This document shows, piece by piece, positions 47,161-56,702 of a DNA stretch of 64,000 bases. The notes below the pieces were generated by a model, which saw only the letters and a list, made by a program, of their open reading frames with translations, was not told where the DNA came from and did no database searches. Within the stretch, counting starts at the first letter, position 1; the number at the start of each line of letters is the position of its first letter. The DNA is from Flavobacteriales bacterium (GTDB lineage Bacteria; Bacteroidota; Bacteroidia; Flavobacteriales_F; PHOS-HE28), in contig JBIIYP010000013.1 of the NCBI GenBank assembly GCA_044346705.1, positions 16,605 to 80,604 of the forward strand, read 5' to 3'. A program made the translations under genes and the position numbers.

Positions 47161-48549
47161 ATGTCCGCGGCACGGACCCTTCACTGCCTGCTGGCACTGG
47201 CGCTCGGCCTTGGGCTCTGCGCACAGGAGCAGCGTGTGGTGAGCGGCATCGTGGTGGAGGGCAACAAACGCACCCGCGAACGGATCATCCTGCGCGAACT
47301 GGTGTTCCACGAAGGCGACACGCTGACCACGGACGCCTTGTACGAGCAGCTGGAGCGCAGCCGCCAGAACCTGATGAACACGGCCCTCTTCAATTCGGTG
47401 GTGCTCCTGCCCACCTACCTGCCGGGGAGCGACGTCTTCATCACCATCACCGTGAACGAGCGCTGGTACTTGTGGCCCTCGCCCATCATCCAGCTCGCCG
47501 ACCCCAACTTCAACACCTGGTGGCTCACCAAGGACTTCAGCCGGATCAACTACGGGGCCTACCTCTACCAGTACAACTTCCGCGGGCTGAACGAGACCAT
47601 CTACCTCAAGATGCAGTTCGGCTATGCGCGCCAGTTCGGGTTGCGCTACAAGGTGCCCTACTTCGACAAGCGGCAGCGCTGGGGCTTCAGCATCGGCGGG
47701 CAGTTCGCCGAGCAACGCGAGATCACCATCGGCACGGTGGACAACAAGCGGGTGCTGTTCTCCCAGCCCGACCTGAACGCCCGCACCGAGTGGAAAGGCG
47801 ATGTACAGATGACCCTGCGGCCCACCCACGACCTTCGCCATACCTGGACCCTGGGCTACGTGCAGGCGGGGGTGCAGGACACCATTGGCAAGCTGGCACC
47901 GGACTACTTCGGCCAAGGCGTGCTCGACACCCGCTACCTGGTGCTCGGCTACGGCCTGGTGCATGACGAACGCGACTCACGCGCCTACACCCGGGATGGT
48001 CACTACGCGGAGCTGCGGCTCTGGCGCTTCGGTCTGGGCCTTGGCGACCTGAACGCACCCGACCTCACCACCGCCTACGCCACCATCAAGCACTGGCAGA
48101 AGCTGAGCGAACGGTGGACCGTGAGCCTCACGGCCCGGGGCAAGACCACCTTCGGGGACCCTGTGCCCTATTATGTGCAGGAAGGCCTGGGCTACGACAA
48201 CTTCATCCGGGGCTACGAGTACTACGTGATCGACGGCCAGCACTATGTCCTGGGCAAGGCCGATGCCGCCTTCGCCCTGATCAAGCCGCGCCAATACACG
48301 GTGGACCAGGTGCCGATCGAGTCGTTCCGCACCCTGTATGTAGCGCTCTACCTGGACGTGTACGTGGACCTGGGCTATGTCTGGGATGACCAATACGACG
48401 ATGTCAACTTCCTGGCCGGCAGCTGGCAGAGCGGATATGGCGCGGGGCTCGACCTGGTGACCAGCTACGACCAGGTGCTGCGCATCGAATACAGCTTCAA
48501 CGCCTTGGGCGAGGGTGGCCTTTTCCTACATTTCACCCAACCTTTCTGA
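47161..48549 (+). CDS. POTRA-domain outer-membrane beta-barrel protein (BamA/TamA superfamily, short form)
   Basis: It has a signal peptide, a POTRA-like region ([25 protein letters not shown]) and ends ...LFLHFTQPF. Confidence 0.5.
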   Translation: MSAARTLHCLLALALGLGLCAQEQRVVSGIVVEGNKRTRERIILRELVFHEGDTLTTDALYEQLERSRQNLMNTALFNSVVLLPTYLPGSDVFITITVNERWYLWPSPIIQLADPNFNTWWLTKDFSRINYGAYLYQYNFRGLNETIYLKMQFGYARQFGLRYKVPYFDKRQRWGFSIGGQFAEQREITIGTVDNKRVLFSQPDLNARTEWKGDVQMTLRPTHDLRHTWTLGYVQAGVQDTIGKLAPDYFGQGVLDTRYLVLGYGLVHDERDSRAYTRDGHYAELRLWRFGLGLGDLNAPDLTTAYATIKHWQKLSERWTVSLTARGKTTFGDPVPYYVQEGLGYDNFIRGYEYYVIDGQHYVLGKADAAFALIKPRQYTVDQVPIESFRTLYVALYLDVYVDLGYVWDDQYDDVNFLAGSWQSGYGAGLDLVTSYDQVLRIEYSFNALGEGGLFLHFTQPF

Positions 48550-48552
48550 ACC

Positions 48553-49455
48553 ATGCGCATCGGTGTTCACGGTCGATCGATGGCCTCCGCCATGGCCCCG
48601 GAAGTGGCGCGCGTGCTGGAGCGCATGAACGCCCACGGCCTGCAGCCGTGCCTGGACGAGGACCTCACGGCGTGGTTGACCGCCAATGGCCTCTCGGTGA
48701 AAGGCGGCACCCTGACCCGAACGGCCGGTCGGCTCAAGGACATCGACATGGTGCTGAGCCTGGGCGGCGACGGCACCTTCCTGGACTCCGTGGCCATGGT
48801 GGGCCGGGCAGGGATACCGGTGCTGGGCATCAACCTGGGGCGGCTGGGCTTCCTGAGCAGCGTGCCCTTGGAGGAGACGGACCAGGCCTTCGAGGCCATT
48901 TCGAAGGGACGGTTCACGCTGGAAGAGCGCAGCGTAGTGCAGGTGGATGGCGCTGCCGCGCAGCTGGGTGAGCGCAACTTCGCCCTCAACGAAGTAAGCC
49001 TGCACAAACGCGACAGCTCCAGCATGATCACGGTGCACGCCACAGTGGGCGACCGGTTCCTGAACACGTATTGGGCGGACGGGCTCATCGTGGCCACACC
49101 GACCGGTTCAACGGCCTACTCCCTCAGCTGTGGAGGGCCCCTGCTCGACCCCCGATGCGACTCCCTGGTCATCACCCCGATCAGCCCCCACAACCTGAAC
49201 GTCAGGCCGTTCGTGGTGCCCGACCACTATCCGATACGGCTGATCGCGGAGGCCCGCGGCGGAAAATACCTGGTGAACCTGGATTCGCGGAGCGTAACCC
49301 TGGAGGCAAGCACGGAGCTCACCATCACCAAGGCCCCGTTCAGCGTGCAGTTGGTGCATTTGGAAGGCCATGACTTCATGAGCACCCTGCGCGCCAAGCT
49401 CATTTGGGGGCTGGATGTTCGCTCTGCCCCCCCATTGCTGCGCCCCAACGACTAA
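48553..49455 (+). CDS. nadK: NAD+ kinase
   Basis: GGDGT motif (VLSLGGDGTFL) and NE/D short motif. Confidence 0.8.
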   Translation: MRIGVHGRSMASAMAPEVARVLERMNAHGLQPCLDEDLTAWLTANGLSVKGGTLTRTAGRLKDIDMVLSLGGDGTFLDSVAMVGRAGIPVLGINLGRLGFLSSVPLEETDQAFEAISKGRFTLEERSVVQVDGAAAQLGERNFALNEVSLHKRDSSSMITVHATVGDRFLNTYWADGLIVATPTGSTAYSLSCGGPLLDPRCDSLVITPISPHNLNVRPFVVPDHYPIRLIAEARGGKYLVNLDSRSVTLEASTELTITKAPFSVQLVHLEGHDFMSTLRAKLIWGLDVRSAPPLLRPND

Positions 49456-49507
49456 ATTCGCGGCCGGAACGGTATACGAAGCTGAGCTTCAAGCCGTTGT
49501 TGAGCCG

Positions 49508-50341
49508 ATGCGCCGCCTACTCCCGATCCTCCTCGCCCTCCTGCTGGCCGCGCCCCTATTGGGCCAGGTGAGCGAGTTGGGCATCACGGGGGGGGTCACC
49601 TACTACATCGGCGACCTGAACCCGCTGAAGCACTACCCCAAGAACACGCACCTCGGGGGGGGACTGGTGTACCGCTACAACTTCAACGACCGCTACGCCT
49701 TCCGCCTGCAAGGGCTCTACGGCAAGCTGGAAGCCTACGACAGCGACTCGGACGACAGCCTGCAGGTGCGACGCAACCTCAGCTTCAGGGCCAACCTCTT
49801 CGAGGTGTCCGGGCTGATCGAGGTGAACTTCTTCAAGTACCGCAGCACAGCGAAGGATTCCCGCCGGTGGACACCGTTCATTTTCCTGGGGCTCGCCTAC
49901 TTCCGTGCAAGTCCGCAAGCGCAACTGGACGACACGTGGTACGACCTGCCGCAGCTGGGCACCGAGGGTCAGGGCAGCTCCTTGGGCGAGGACACCTACA
50001 AAGTGGACCGTATCTGCCTGCCCTTCGGAGCGGGCCTGAAGTTCAACCTGGGCAAGCTCGACCTGCAGATGGAATGGGGCCTGCGCCGCACATGGACCGA
50101 CCATATCGACGATGTGAGCGGCACCTACGTGGACAACGCCCTGCTCTCCTTCGAAAGCGGCGAGCTCACCGCCCAGCTGGCCGACCGCAGCGACCTTCGC
50201 GAGACCGGACTGAACACCGGACGTGCCCGGGGTGATTCCCAGACCCGGGACTGGTACCAGTACACCGGGTTGACCCTGACCTACCTGCTCACCCGCTTCA
50301 CCGAGTGCGATGAGCTCTACCAGAAAATGAACCGCCGCTGA
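49508..50341 (+). CDS. Outer-membrane beta-barrel protein (DUF6089-like)
   Basis: A signal peptide follows the internal ATG (MRRLLPILLALLLAAPLLGQ). It has alternating amphipathic strands. It sits in the conserved position between nadK and uppS. Confidence 0.5.
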   Translation: MRRLLPILLALLLAAPLLGQVSELGITGGVTYYIGDLNPLKHYPKNTHLGGGLVYRYNFNDRYAFRLQGLYGKLEAYDSDSDDSLQVRRNLSFRANLFEVSGLIEVNFFKYRSTAKDSRRWTPFIFLGLAYFRASPQAQLDDTWYDLPQLGTEGQGSSLGEDTYKVDRICLPFGAGLKFNLGKLDLQMEWGLRRTWTDHIDDVSGTYVDNALLSFESGELTAQLADRSDLRETGLNTGRARGDSQTRDWYQYTGLTLTYLLTRFTECDELYQKMNRR

Positions 50342-50351
50342 GCATCTTCCC

Positions 50352-51128
50352 GTGGGCAACGCACAACCGACCCCCCTGGACCAGGCGCTGCGCGAGCAGA
50401 TCGATCCCGCACGCGTTCCCCAGCACGTCGCCATCATCATGGACGGCAACGGCCGCTGGGCGAAGCAGCACGGGGAGCTCCGTGTGGTGGGCCACAGCAG
50501 CGGTGTGCGCAGTGTTCGCGACACCCTGGTGGGTGCCACGGAGATCGGGGTGAAGTACCTCACCCTTTACGCCTTCAGCACGGAGAACTGGAACCGACCG
50601 CGCGCCGAGGTGGACGCCTTGATGGACCTGTTGGTGAACACGCTGATGAGCGAGCTGGACAGCCTGCATGAGAACGGCGTGCGCCTGAACGCCATCGGCG
50701 ACCTGGACAGCCTGCCCGGGAGCTGCCAGGCCACCCTGAAGGAGGCCATCCGACAGACGGCGAAGAACGACCGCATCACCCTTACGCTGGCCCTGAGCTA
50801 CAGCAGCCGTTGGGAGCTGGTGAACATGGTGAAGCGCCTGGCGCGCTCCGTGAAGGACGGCTCCTTGGCCTTGGACGACATCGACGACCAGCTGGTGAGC
50901 GACCACCTGACCACCGTGGGCATGCCCGACCCCGAGCTGCTGATCCGTACCAGCGGCGAGCAGCGCATCAGCAACTTCCTGTTGTGGCAGATCGCCTATG
51001 CCGAGCTCTGGTTCAGCCCCGTGCTGTGGCCCGATTTCCGGCGTGAGCACCTCTACCAGGCCGTGTTGGACTACCAGCACCGCGAACGCCGATTCGGCCT
51101 CACCAGCGAACAGCTCGACCCCGCATGA
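50352..51128 (+). CDS. uppS: Isoprenyl transferase (undecaprenyl diphosphate synthase)
   Basis: HVAIIMDGNGRWA motif. Confidence 0.85.
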   Translation: MGNAQPTPLDQALREQIDPARVPQHVAIIMDGNGRWAKQHGELRVVGHSSGVRSVRDTLVGATEIGVKYLTLYAFSTENWNRPRAEVDALMDLLVNTLMSELDSLHENGVRLNAIGDLDSLPGSCQATLKEAIRQTAKNDRITLTLALSYSSRWELVNMVKRLARSVKDGSLALDDIDDQLVSDHLTTVGMPDPELLIRTSGEQRISNFLLWQIAYAELWFSPVLWPDFRREHLYQAVLDYQHRERRFGLTSEQLDPA

Positions 51129-53716
51129 ACCAGGCGCTCCGGAGGTCCGACCTGCTGAAGGGTCGCTTGAACGCGTTGGCCGTGGCCGTGCTGTTGTGCC
51201 TTGGAACCCCCACCGGAGCGCAGGCCCAGAAGATCAAGGGTCCCACCATGGACTACGCCTTCCCGAAGGAGTACACCCTTGGCGGCATCACCGTGAGCGG
51301 TTGCGTGACGCGCGAGCCCAACGCCGTGAAGCTCTTCAGCGGCCTGAAGGTGGGCGACAAGATCACCGTTCCAGGGCAGAAGATCACCGACGCGATCAAG
51401 AACATCTGGGAGCAGCGGCTCTTCAGCGACGTGACCATCGAGGCGGCCGAGGTTCGCGGGCAGACCATCTTCCTGAACATCATCGTGACCGAGCTGCCGC
51501 AACTGGCGGCGTACAAGTTCGAGAACGTGAGCAAGAGCGAATCGGAAAAACTGCGGGACGAGATCGAGCTGGTGCGTGGCCAACAGGTGAACGAGGCCGC
51601 CATCAGCGAAGCGCGCGAGGCCATCCGCCGGTATTACGTGGAGAAGGGCTACCTCAAGACCAAGGTCATTACGCGCCAGCAGAAGAGCGACTCGTTGATG
51701 GCCAACAGTGTGCTCCTGTTCTTCAACGTGGAGCGTGGCCCCCGGGTGCGCATCGCCGACATCACCTTCACCGGCAACGAGCATGTGCCTGCCAGCAAGC
51801 TGCGCAAGGCCATGAAGAACACCAAGCGCAAACGGGCCTACAACATCTTCGGTTCGTCCAAGTTCATCGCCAAGGACTACCTCACCGACAAGCAGAACGT
51901 GGTGGATGTGTTCAACGAGTTCGGCTACCGGAACGCGGCCGTGGTGTGGGACACCCTGTACTATGTGGACGACGACAAGATCCAACTGGAGCTTCGGGTG
52001 GAGGAGGACAAGCAGTTCCACTTCCGCAACGTCACCTTCACCGGCAACACCAAGTACGACGCGGATACATTGAGCAAGGTACTGGGCATCAAACGCGGTG
52101 ACATCTACAACAAGAAGCGGCTGGAGACGAAGCTCTACATGAACCAGAGCGGGCAGGACATCAGCTCGCTTTACATGGACAAAGGCTACCTCTCGTTCAA
52201 CCCCGAACCGGTGGAGGTGGTGGACGGTGACAGCATCGACCTGGAGATCCGCATCCGGGAAGGCAAGCAGTACCGGATCCGCAACGTGACCATCTCGGGC
52301 AACAGCAAGACCTACGACCACGTGGTGCGGCGCGAGCTGCGCACGAAACCCGGGCAGCTCTTCGACCGCAGCGAAGTGATCCGCTCGCAGCAGCAGCTGA
52401 TCGGGCTGGGCTATTTCGACCCGGAGCAGACCACGGTGAACCCGAGCCCGGACCCGCGCACCGGCCTGGTGGACCTGGAATACGTGGTGGCCGAGAAGCC
52501 GAGCGACCGACTGGAACTGAGCGGAGGCTACGGTGCGGGGCGACTGGTGATCAGCCTGGGGTTGTCCTTCACCAACTTCAGCATGCGGAAGTTCTTCACG
52601 GATGCCTGGAGGCCGCTCCCCTCCGGTGATGGCCAGACGCTCAGCCTGCGTGCACAGACCAACGGCAGGTTCTTCCAGAGCTACAACATCTCCTTCGTGG
52701 AACCCTGGCTCGGTGGCCGCAAGGCCAACTCCCTGAGCGTCTCGGCGTTCCATTCCGTGCAGACCAACGGGGCGAACAAGAACATCCAGACCTCCACCGG
52801 GCCCATCCCCAATCCGCTTTACCAGTCCTTGAAGATCATCGGGGGCACCGTGGGCTTCGGCAAGCGTGTCACCTGGCCGGACGACTACTTCTCCGTGAGC
52901 CACACGGTGGGCTACCAGCAATACAACCTGAACAACTGGAACTCGCTGTTCTCCTATAACAATGGGCGCAGCAACGTGCTCACCTACCAGTTCCGCATAT
53001 CGCGCCGTTCCATCTTCGCACCGTTCTGGAACACCCAGGGGTCGGACATCACCTTCAGCATGAAGCTCACTCCGCCGTGGTCCCTCTGGTCCTGGACCGG
53101 AGCGTTCCCCGAGGGTGAGGAGATCTCCGAACTGCCGGATGCCGTGAAGTACAAATGGGTGGAGTTCAACAAGTGGAAGTTCACCACGCAGTGGTTCGTT
53201 CCCGTGACCCGCGCACCGGCAGGAGGCTCTCCGGACAGGAGGCTCGTGCTGATGGCGCGTGCCGGCTTCGGCTATCTGGGCATCTACAATCCCGAGGTCG
53301 GCGAGTCCCCCTTCGAGCGGTTCTACCTGGGCGGCAGCGCCCTTACCGGGTTCCAGCTGGACGGCCGGGAGATCGTGGCGTTGCGCGGCTACGATGACCT
53401 GTCACTGTCCCCCCAGACCGGTTCGTTCTTCATCAACAAGTACACGGCCGAGCTGCGCTACCCGATCAGCCTGAACCCTCAGGCGACGATCTTCGGATTG
53501 GGCTTCATGGAGGCCGGCAACACCTGGAACCAGCTGGACCGTTACGACCCCTTCCGCCTGTACCGGTCCGCGGGCATCGGTCTGCGACTTTTCCTGCCCA
53601 TGTTCGGTCCCATGGGCCTGGACTACGGCTGGCGCTTCGACGATGTCCCAGGGCGCCCCACCATGGCCCAGAGCCAGTTCCACTTTACGATCGGCATAGA
53701 TCTTGGCGAGCTCTAA
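51125..53716 (+). CDS. bamA: Outer membrane protein assembly factor BamA
   Basis: 863 aa, multiple POTRA repeats and a C-terminal Omp85 barrel. It sits in the conserved context upstream of the ompH genes. Confidence 0.85.
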   Translation: MNQALRRSDLLKGRLNALAVAVLLCLGTPTGAQAQKIKGPTMDYAFPKEYTLGGITVSGCVTREPNAVKLFSGLKVGDKITVPGQKITDAIKNIWEQRLFSDVTIEAAEVRGQTIFLNIIVTELPQLAAYKFENVSKSESEKLRDEIELVRGQQVNEAAISEAREAIRRYYVEKGYLKTKVITRQQKSDSLMANSVLLFFNVERGPRVRIADITFTGNEHVPASKLRKAMKNTKRKRAYNIFGSSKFIAKDYLTDKQNVVDVFNEFGYRNAAVVWDTLYYVDDDKIQLELRVEEDKQFHFRNVTFTGNTKYDADTLSKVLGIKRGDIYNKKRLETKLYMNQSGQDISSLYMDKGYLSFNPEPVEVVDGDSIDLEIRIREGKQYRIRNVTISGNSKTYDHVVRRELRTKPGQLFDRSEVIRSQQQLIGLGYFDPEQTTVNPSPDPRTGLVDLEYVVAEKPSDRLELSGGYGAGRLVISLGLSFTNFSMRKFFTDAWRPLPSGDGQTLSLRAQTNGRFFQSYNISFVEPWLGGRKANSLSVSAFHSVQTNGANKNIQTSTGPIPNPLYQSLKIIGGTVGFGKRVTWPDDYFSVSHTVGYQQYNLNNWNSLFSYNNGRSNVLTYQFRISRRSIFAPFWNTQGSDITFSMKLTPPWSLWSWTGAFPEGEEISELPDAVKYKWVEFNKWKFTTQWFVPVTRAPAGGSPDRRLVLMARAGFGYLGIYNPEVGESPFERFYLGGSALTGFQLDGREIVALRGYDDLSLSPQTGSFFINKYTAELRYPISLNPQATIFGLGFMEAGNTWNQLDRYDPFRLYRSAGIGLRLFLPMFGPMGLDYGWRFDDVPGRPTMAQSQFHFTIGIDLGEL

Positions 53717-53747
53717 GCAGGATCGTCTAATTTCGACGGCTGTCCAC

Positions 53748-54434
53748 ATGAACCATCTCCTCCGCTGCTTTGCCTTGCTGGGCGTGCTTTCCACAGCACT
53801 GACGAACCAGGCGCAACGCATCGCGTTCGTGAACTCCAAGTACATCCTGGAGCAGATGCCGGATTACCAAAGTGCGCAGAGCGAACTGGACCGGTTCAGC
53901 ACCCAATGGCAGAAGGAGATCGACGACCGTTGGGCACAGGTGAAGCGCCTGCGTGATGCGTTCAACGCCGAAGCGATCCTGCTGACGGAGGACATGAAGC
54001 GCACGCGCATGGAGGACATTGAAAAGAAGGAGCGCGAGGCCCGGGAACTGCAGAAGAAACGCTTCGGCGTGGAGGGCGACCTGTTCAAGAAGCGCCAGGA
54101 ACTGATCCAGCCGATCCAGGACCGGATCTACGACGCGGTGAAGGAGGTGGCGGGCACGAGCTACGTGGCCATCTTCGACATCGGCGGCATGGGCAACAAC
54201 GTGCTCTATGCCAGCGAGAAGTACGACAAGAGCGACGCTGTGCTGCGGAAACTGGGGATCAAGCCCGGCAAGAGCACCAACAGCGGCAACCTGCGCGAGG
54301 ACGAAGAGGCCCCGGATGAACCCGAAGAGACCCCGCCGCAAGAAGGCGGTGGTCGTGATGGTGGCAGCCCCCCGCCACCCCGATCCGGTGGAGGCGATGG
54401 TGGTGGATCCACTCCTGTTACGAAACCCCGTTAG
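53748..54434 (+). CDS. OmpH/Skp family periplasmic chaperone
   Basis: Signal peptide, coiled-coil rich, with a C-terminal low-complexity G/P tail. Confidence 0.7.
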   Translation: MNHLLRCFALLGVLSTALTNQAQRIAFVNSKYILEQMPDYQSAQSELDRFSTQWQKEIDDRWAQVKRLRDAFNAEAILLTEDMKRTRMEDIEKKEREARELQKKRFGVEGDLFKKRQELIQPIQDRIYDAVKEVAGTSYVAIFDIGGMGNNVLYASEKYDKSDAVLRKLGIKPGKSTNSGNLREDEEAPDEPEETPPQEGGGRDGGSPPPPRSGGGDGGGSTPVTKPR

Positions 54435-54447
54435 TGAAACGACAACA

Positions 54448-54954
54448 ATGAAGAAGTTCCTGATGACCCTCTGCCTGGCCGCGATCACCGCACCCGCGTT
54501 GATGGCCCAGAGCCCCAAGCTCGGCCACATCGACCGCCAAGCCATGATGCTGATGCTGCCCGAGCGCAAGGATGCCGAGGCCAAGATGCAAGCCTTCGCC
54601 AAGACCCTGGAGGAGCGGCTGAAGGCCATGGGCACCGAGTACCAGACCAAGTTGGAGCAGGCGAACGCCGGCCAGGCCACCATGACCAACACGGAAAAAG
54701 ATGTCGTCATGCGCGAACTGCAGGACCTGGAGAAGCGCATCACCGATGCGCAGGAAAAGGCCCAGGAGGACCTGGCCAAGCAGGAACAGGAGCTCCTGGC
54801 CCCGATGGTGGACCGCACGAACAAGGCGATCCAGGAAGTGGCCACCGCAGGGAACTTCACGTACATCTTCGACACCAGCGCGGGCATGGTGCTCTACTAC
54901 GACAAAGGGGAGGACATCCTTCCTGCGGTAAAGACCAAGCTCGGCATCCAGTAA
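54448..54954 (+). CDS. OmpH/Skp family periplasmic chaperone (second copy)
   Basis: A signal peptide (MKKFLMTLCLAAITAPALMAQ) follows the internal ATG 54448. Skp-like length of 168 aa. Confidence 0.7.
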   Translation: MKKFLMTLCLAAITAPALMAQSPKLGHIDRQAMMLMLPERKDAEAKMQAFAKTLEERLKAMGTEYQTKLEQANAGQATMTNTEKDVVMRELQDLEKRITDAQEKAQEDLAKQEQELLAPMVDRTNKAIQEVATAGNFTYIFDTSAGMVLYYDKGEDILPAVKTKLGIQ

Positions 54955-54966
54955 GCGCGAACCTGC

Positions 54967-55830
54967 GTGGCCGATACCCTCCCCACCTCGCCAGGCCGAA
55001 GGCTCCGCGAAGGCGCGGTCGGCATCTTCGACAGCGGCATCGGTGGACTTACGGTGGCCAAAGCCGTTCAGCAGGCGCTCCCCACGGAGCGCCTGCTCTA
55101 TTTCGGGGATGGTGCCCACGTGCCCTACGGTGAACGAAGCACCGAGCAGATCCTGTCGTTCAGCACGGCGATCACGGAATTCCTGTTGGCCCACGACAGC
55201 AAGCTGATCGTCATCGCCTGCAATACGGCCTCGGCCGCGGCCTTGGCCGCCTTGCGCGAGCGGTTCCCCGTTGTGCCGTTCGTCGGGATGGAACCGGCCG
55301 TCAAGCCTGCAGCTGAACACACCCGGTCGGGTGTGGTGGGTGTGCTCGCCACGGTGTCCACGGTGCAGAGCGCGGTGTTCGCCAGCGTGGTGGCCCGTTT
55401 CGCCCAGGGGGTGCAGGTGATCCAACAGGCCTGCCCGGAGCTGGTCCGCCAGATCGAGGTTGGTGCCTTCGACACCCCACGCACGGAAGCAATGCTGCGC
55501 GGCTGGCTGGAGCCCATGCTCGAGCGCGGGATCGATGCGCTTGTGCTGGGCTGCACGCACTACCCCATCGTCCGTCCGCTGATCGAACGCATCGTGGGGC
55601 CCGGGGTACGCGTGATCGACCCAGCCCCTGCGATCGCAAGGCGAGTGCAGCACATCCTGGATGAACGCGATGCGTTGGCGCCTGCCGGTGCACAGGGATC
55701 ACTGACCTGTTGGACGAGCGGCCCCGTTCACACGTTCCGCTCCATGCTGGAACACCTTGGCCTGCCTGGCCACGACGTGCACGCCGCCTGCTGGCCCAAC
55801 GAGGCACTGGTCACTCCGTGTACCAGCTAG
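54967..55830 (+). CDS. murI: Glutamate racemase
   Basis: The motifs GIFDSGIGGLTV and ...IACNTAS... are present. Confidence 0.8.
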   Translation: MADTLPTSPGRRLREGAVGIFDSGIGGLTVAKAVQQALPTERLLYFGDGAHVPYGERSTEQILSFSTAITEFLLAHDSKLIVIACNTASAAALAALRERFPVVPFVGMEPAVKPAAEHTRSGVVGVLATVSTVQSAVFASVVARFAQGVQVIQQACPELVRQIEVGAFDTPRTEAMLRGWLEPMLERGIDALVLGCTHYPIVRPLIERIVGPGVRVIDPAPAIARRVQHILDERDALAPAGAQGSLTCWTSGPVHTFRSMLEHLGLPGHDVHAACWPNEALVTPCTS

Positions 55831-56326
55831 CGTAGAGGCGATAGTTCGCGGCGATCCGCTCGATCTCGTTGCGGCTGAGGTCATCGCTCACCGGGCCGAT
55901 GCGCCTGGCGGGAACGCCGGCCATGAGGCTTCCCGGTTCAACGATGGTGCCCTGAAGCACCACAGCACCCGCCCCGATCACACTGCCCTCACCGATCACC
56001 GCCCCGTCCATCACGATCGCGCCCATGCCGATGAGCACCTTGTCATGCACCGTGCACCCATGCACCAGGGCGTTATGTCCGATGCTCACATCGTTGCCGA
56101 TGGTGAGCGCCGCTCGCTGGTAGGTGCAATGAAGCACGGCACCGTCCTGCACGTTCACGCGATCGCCGATGCGGATGCTATGCACATCCCCGCGCACCAC
56201 CGCGTTGTACCACACGCTGCAGCCATCGCCCATGATCACATCGCCGATCACCACGGCGGTCTCCGCCAGAAAGATGTTCACCCCGAATGCAGGTGTGATC
56301 CCCCGGAGCGTCCGGACCAAGGCCAT
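55811..56326 (-). CDS. Gamma-class carbonic anhydrase / hexapeptide-repeat (LbH) protein
   Basis: Hexapeptide repeats plus conserved His ligands (...HGC..., ...LHC...). Confidence 0.7.
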   Translation of the reverse strand: MALVRTLRGITPAFGVNIFLAETAVVIGDVIMGDGCSVWYNAVVRGDVHSIRIGDRVNVQDGAVLHCTYQRAALTIGNDVSIGHNALVHGCTVHDKVLIGMGAIVMDGAVIGEGSVIGAGAVVLQGTIVEPGSLMAGVPARRIGPVSDDLSRNEIERIAANYRLYASWYTE

Positions 56327-56328
56327 GG

Positions 56329-56688
56329 TCAGTGCTTTTCGACGGGTTTGCCGCAGCCTTCCTTCTGGCAGCAGGCAGGCAGGTTGCGAAAGGCCTTCTC
56401 GTCGCCAGGAACATCGTCCGCGTAGTAGCCCAGCTTCGTTACGGCCGTCCGCAACTTGGCGGGGTCCGTGCGCTTGGGGTCGTAGGTCACATGGATGATG
56501 TTGGTGGACAGGTCGAGGTCCGCCTTTTTCACGCCTTTCTCATAGATCAGCCCATCCTCGATGGTCTTCTCACACATGTCGCATACCGAACTGGTGCGGA
56601 TGTCGAGCTGGGCAAGGTCGGCCTTCGGTTCTTGGGCAGTGGCGGTGCCCAGGGCGAGGGCAAGGGCAATGGTGGTAAGGGTCTTCAT
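56329..56688 (-). CDS. Periplasmic heavy-metal-associated (HMA) domain protein
   Basis: It has a signal peptide and a CxxC metal-binding motif (SSVCDMCEKT). The C-terminus is Cys-rich (ACCQKEGCG). Confidence 0.6.
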   Translation of the reverse strand: MKTLTTIALALALGTATAQEPKADLAQLDIRTSSVCDMCEKTIEDGLIYEKGVKKADLDLSTNIIHVTYDPKRTDPAKLRTAVTKLGYYADDVPGDEKAFRNLPACCQKEGCGKPVEKH

Positions 56689-56702
56689 GATCTTGTGCTG
56701 TG

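Noticed and set aside
45706-47964. 752-aa ORF
   Set aside because: Only the C-terminal 238 aa (pdxJ) are real. The upstream part is antisense to the CBS-domain and POTRA genes.
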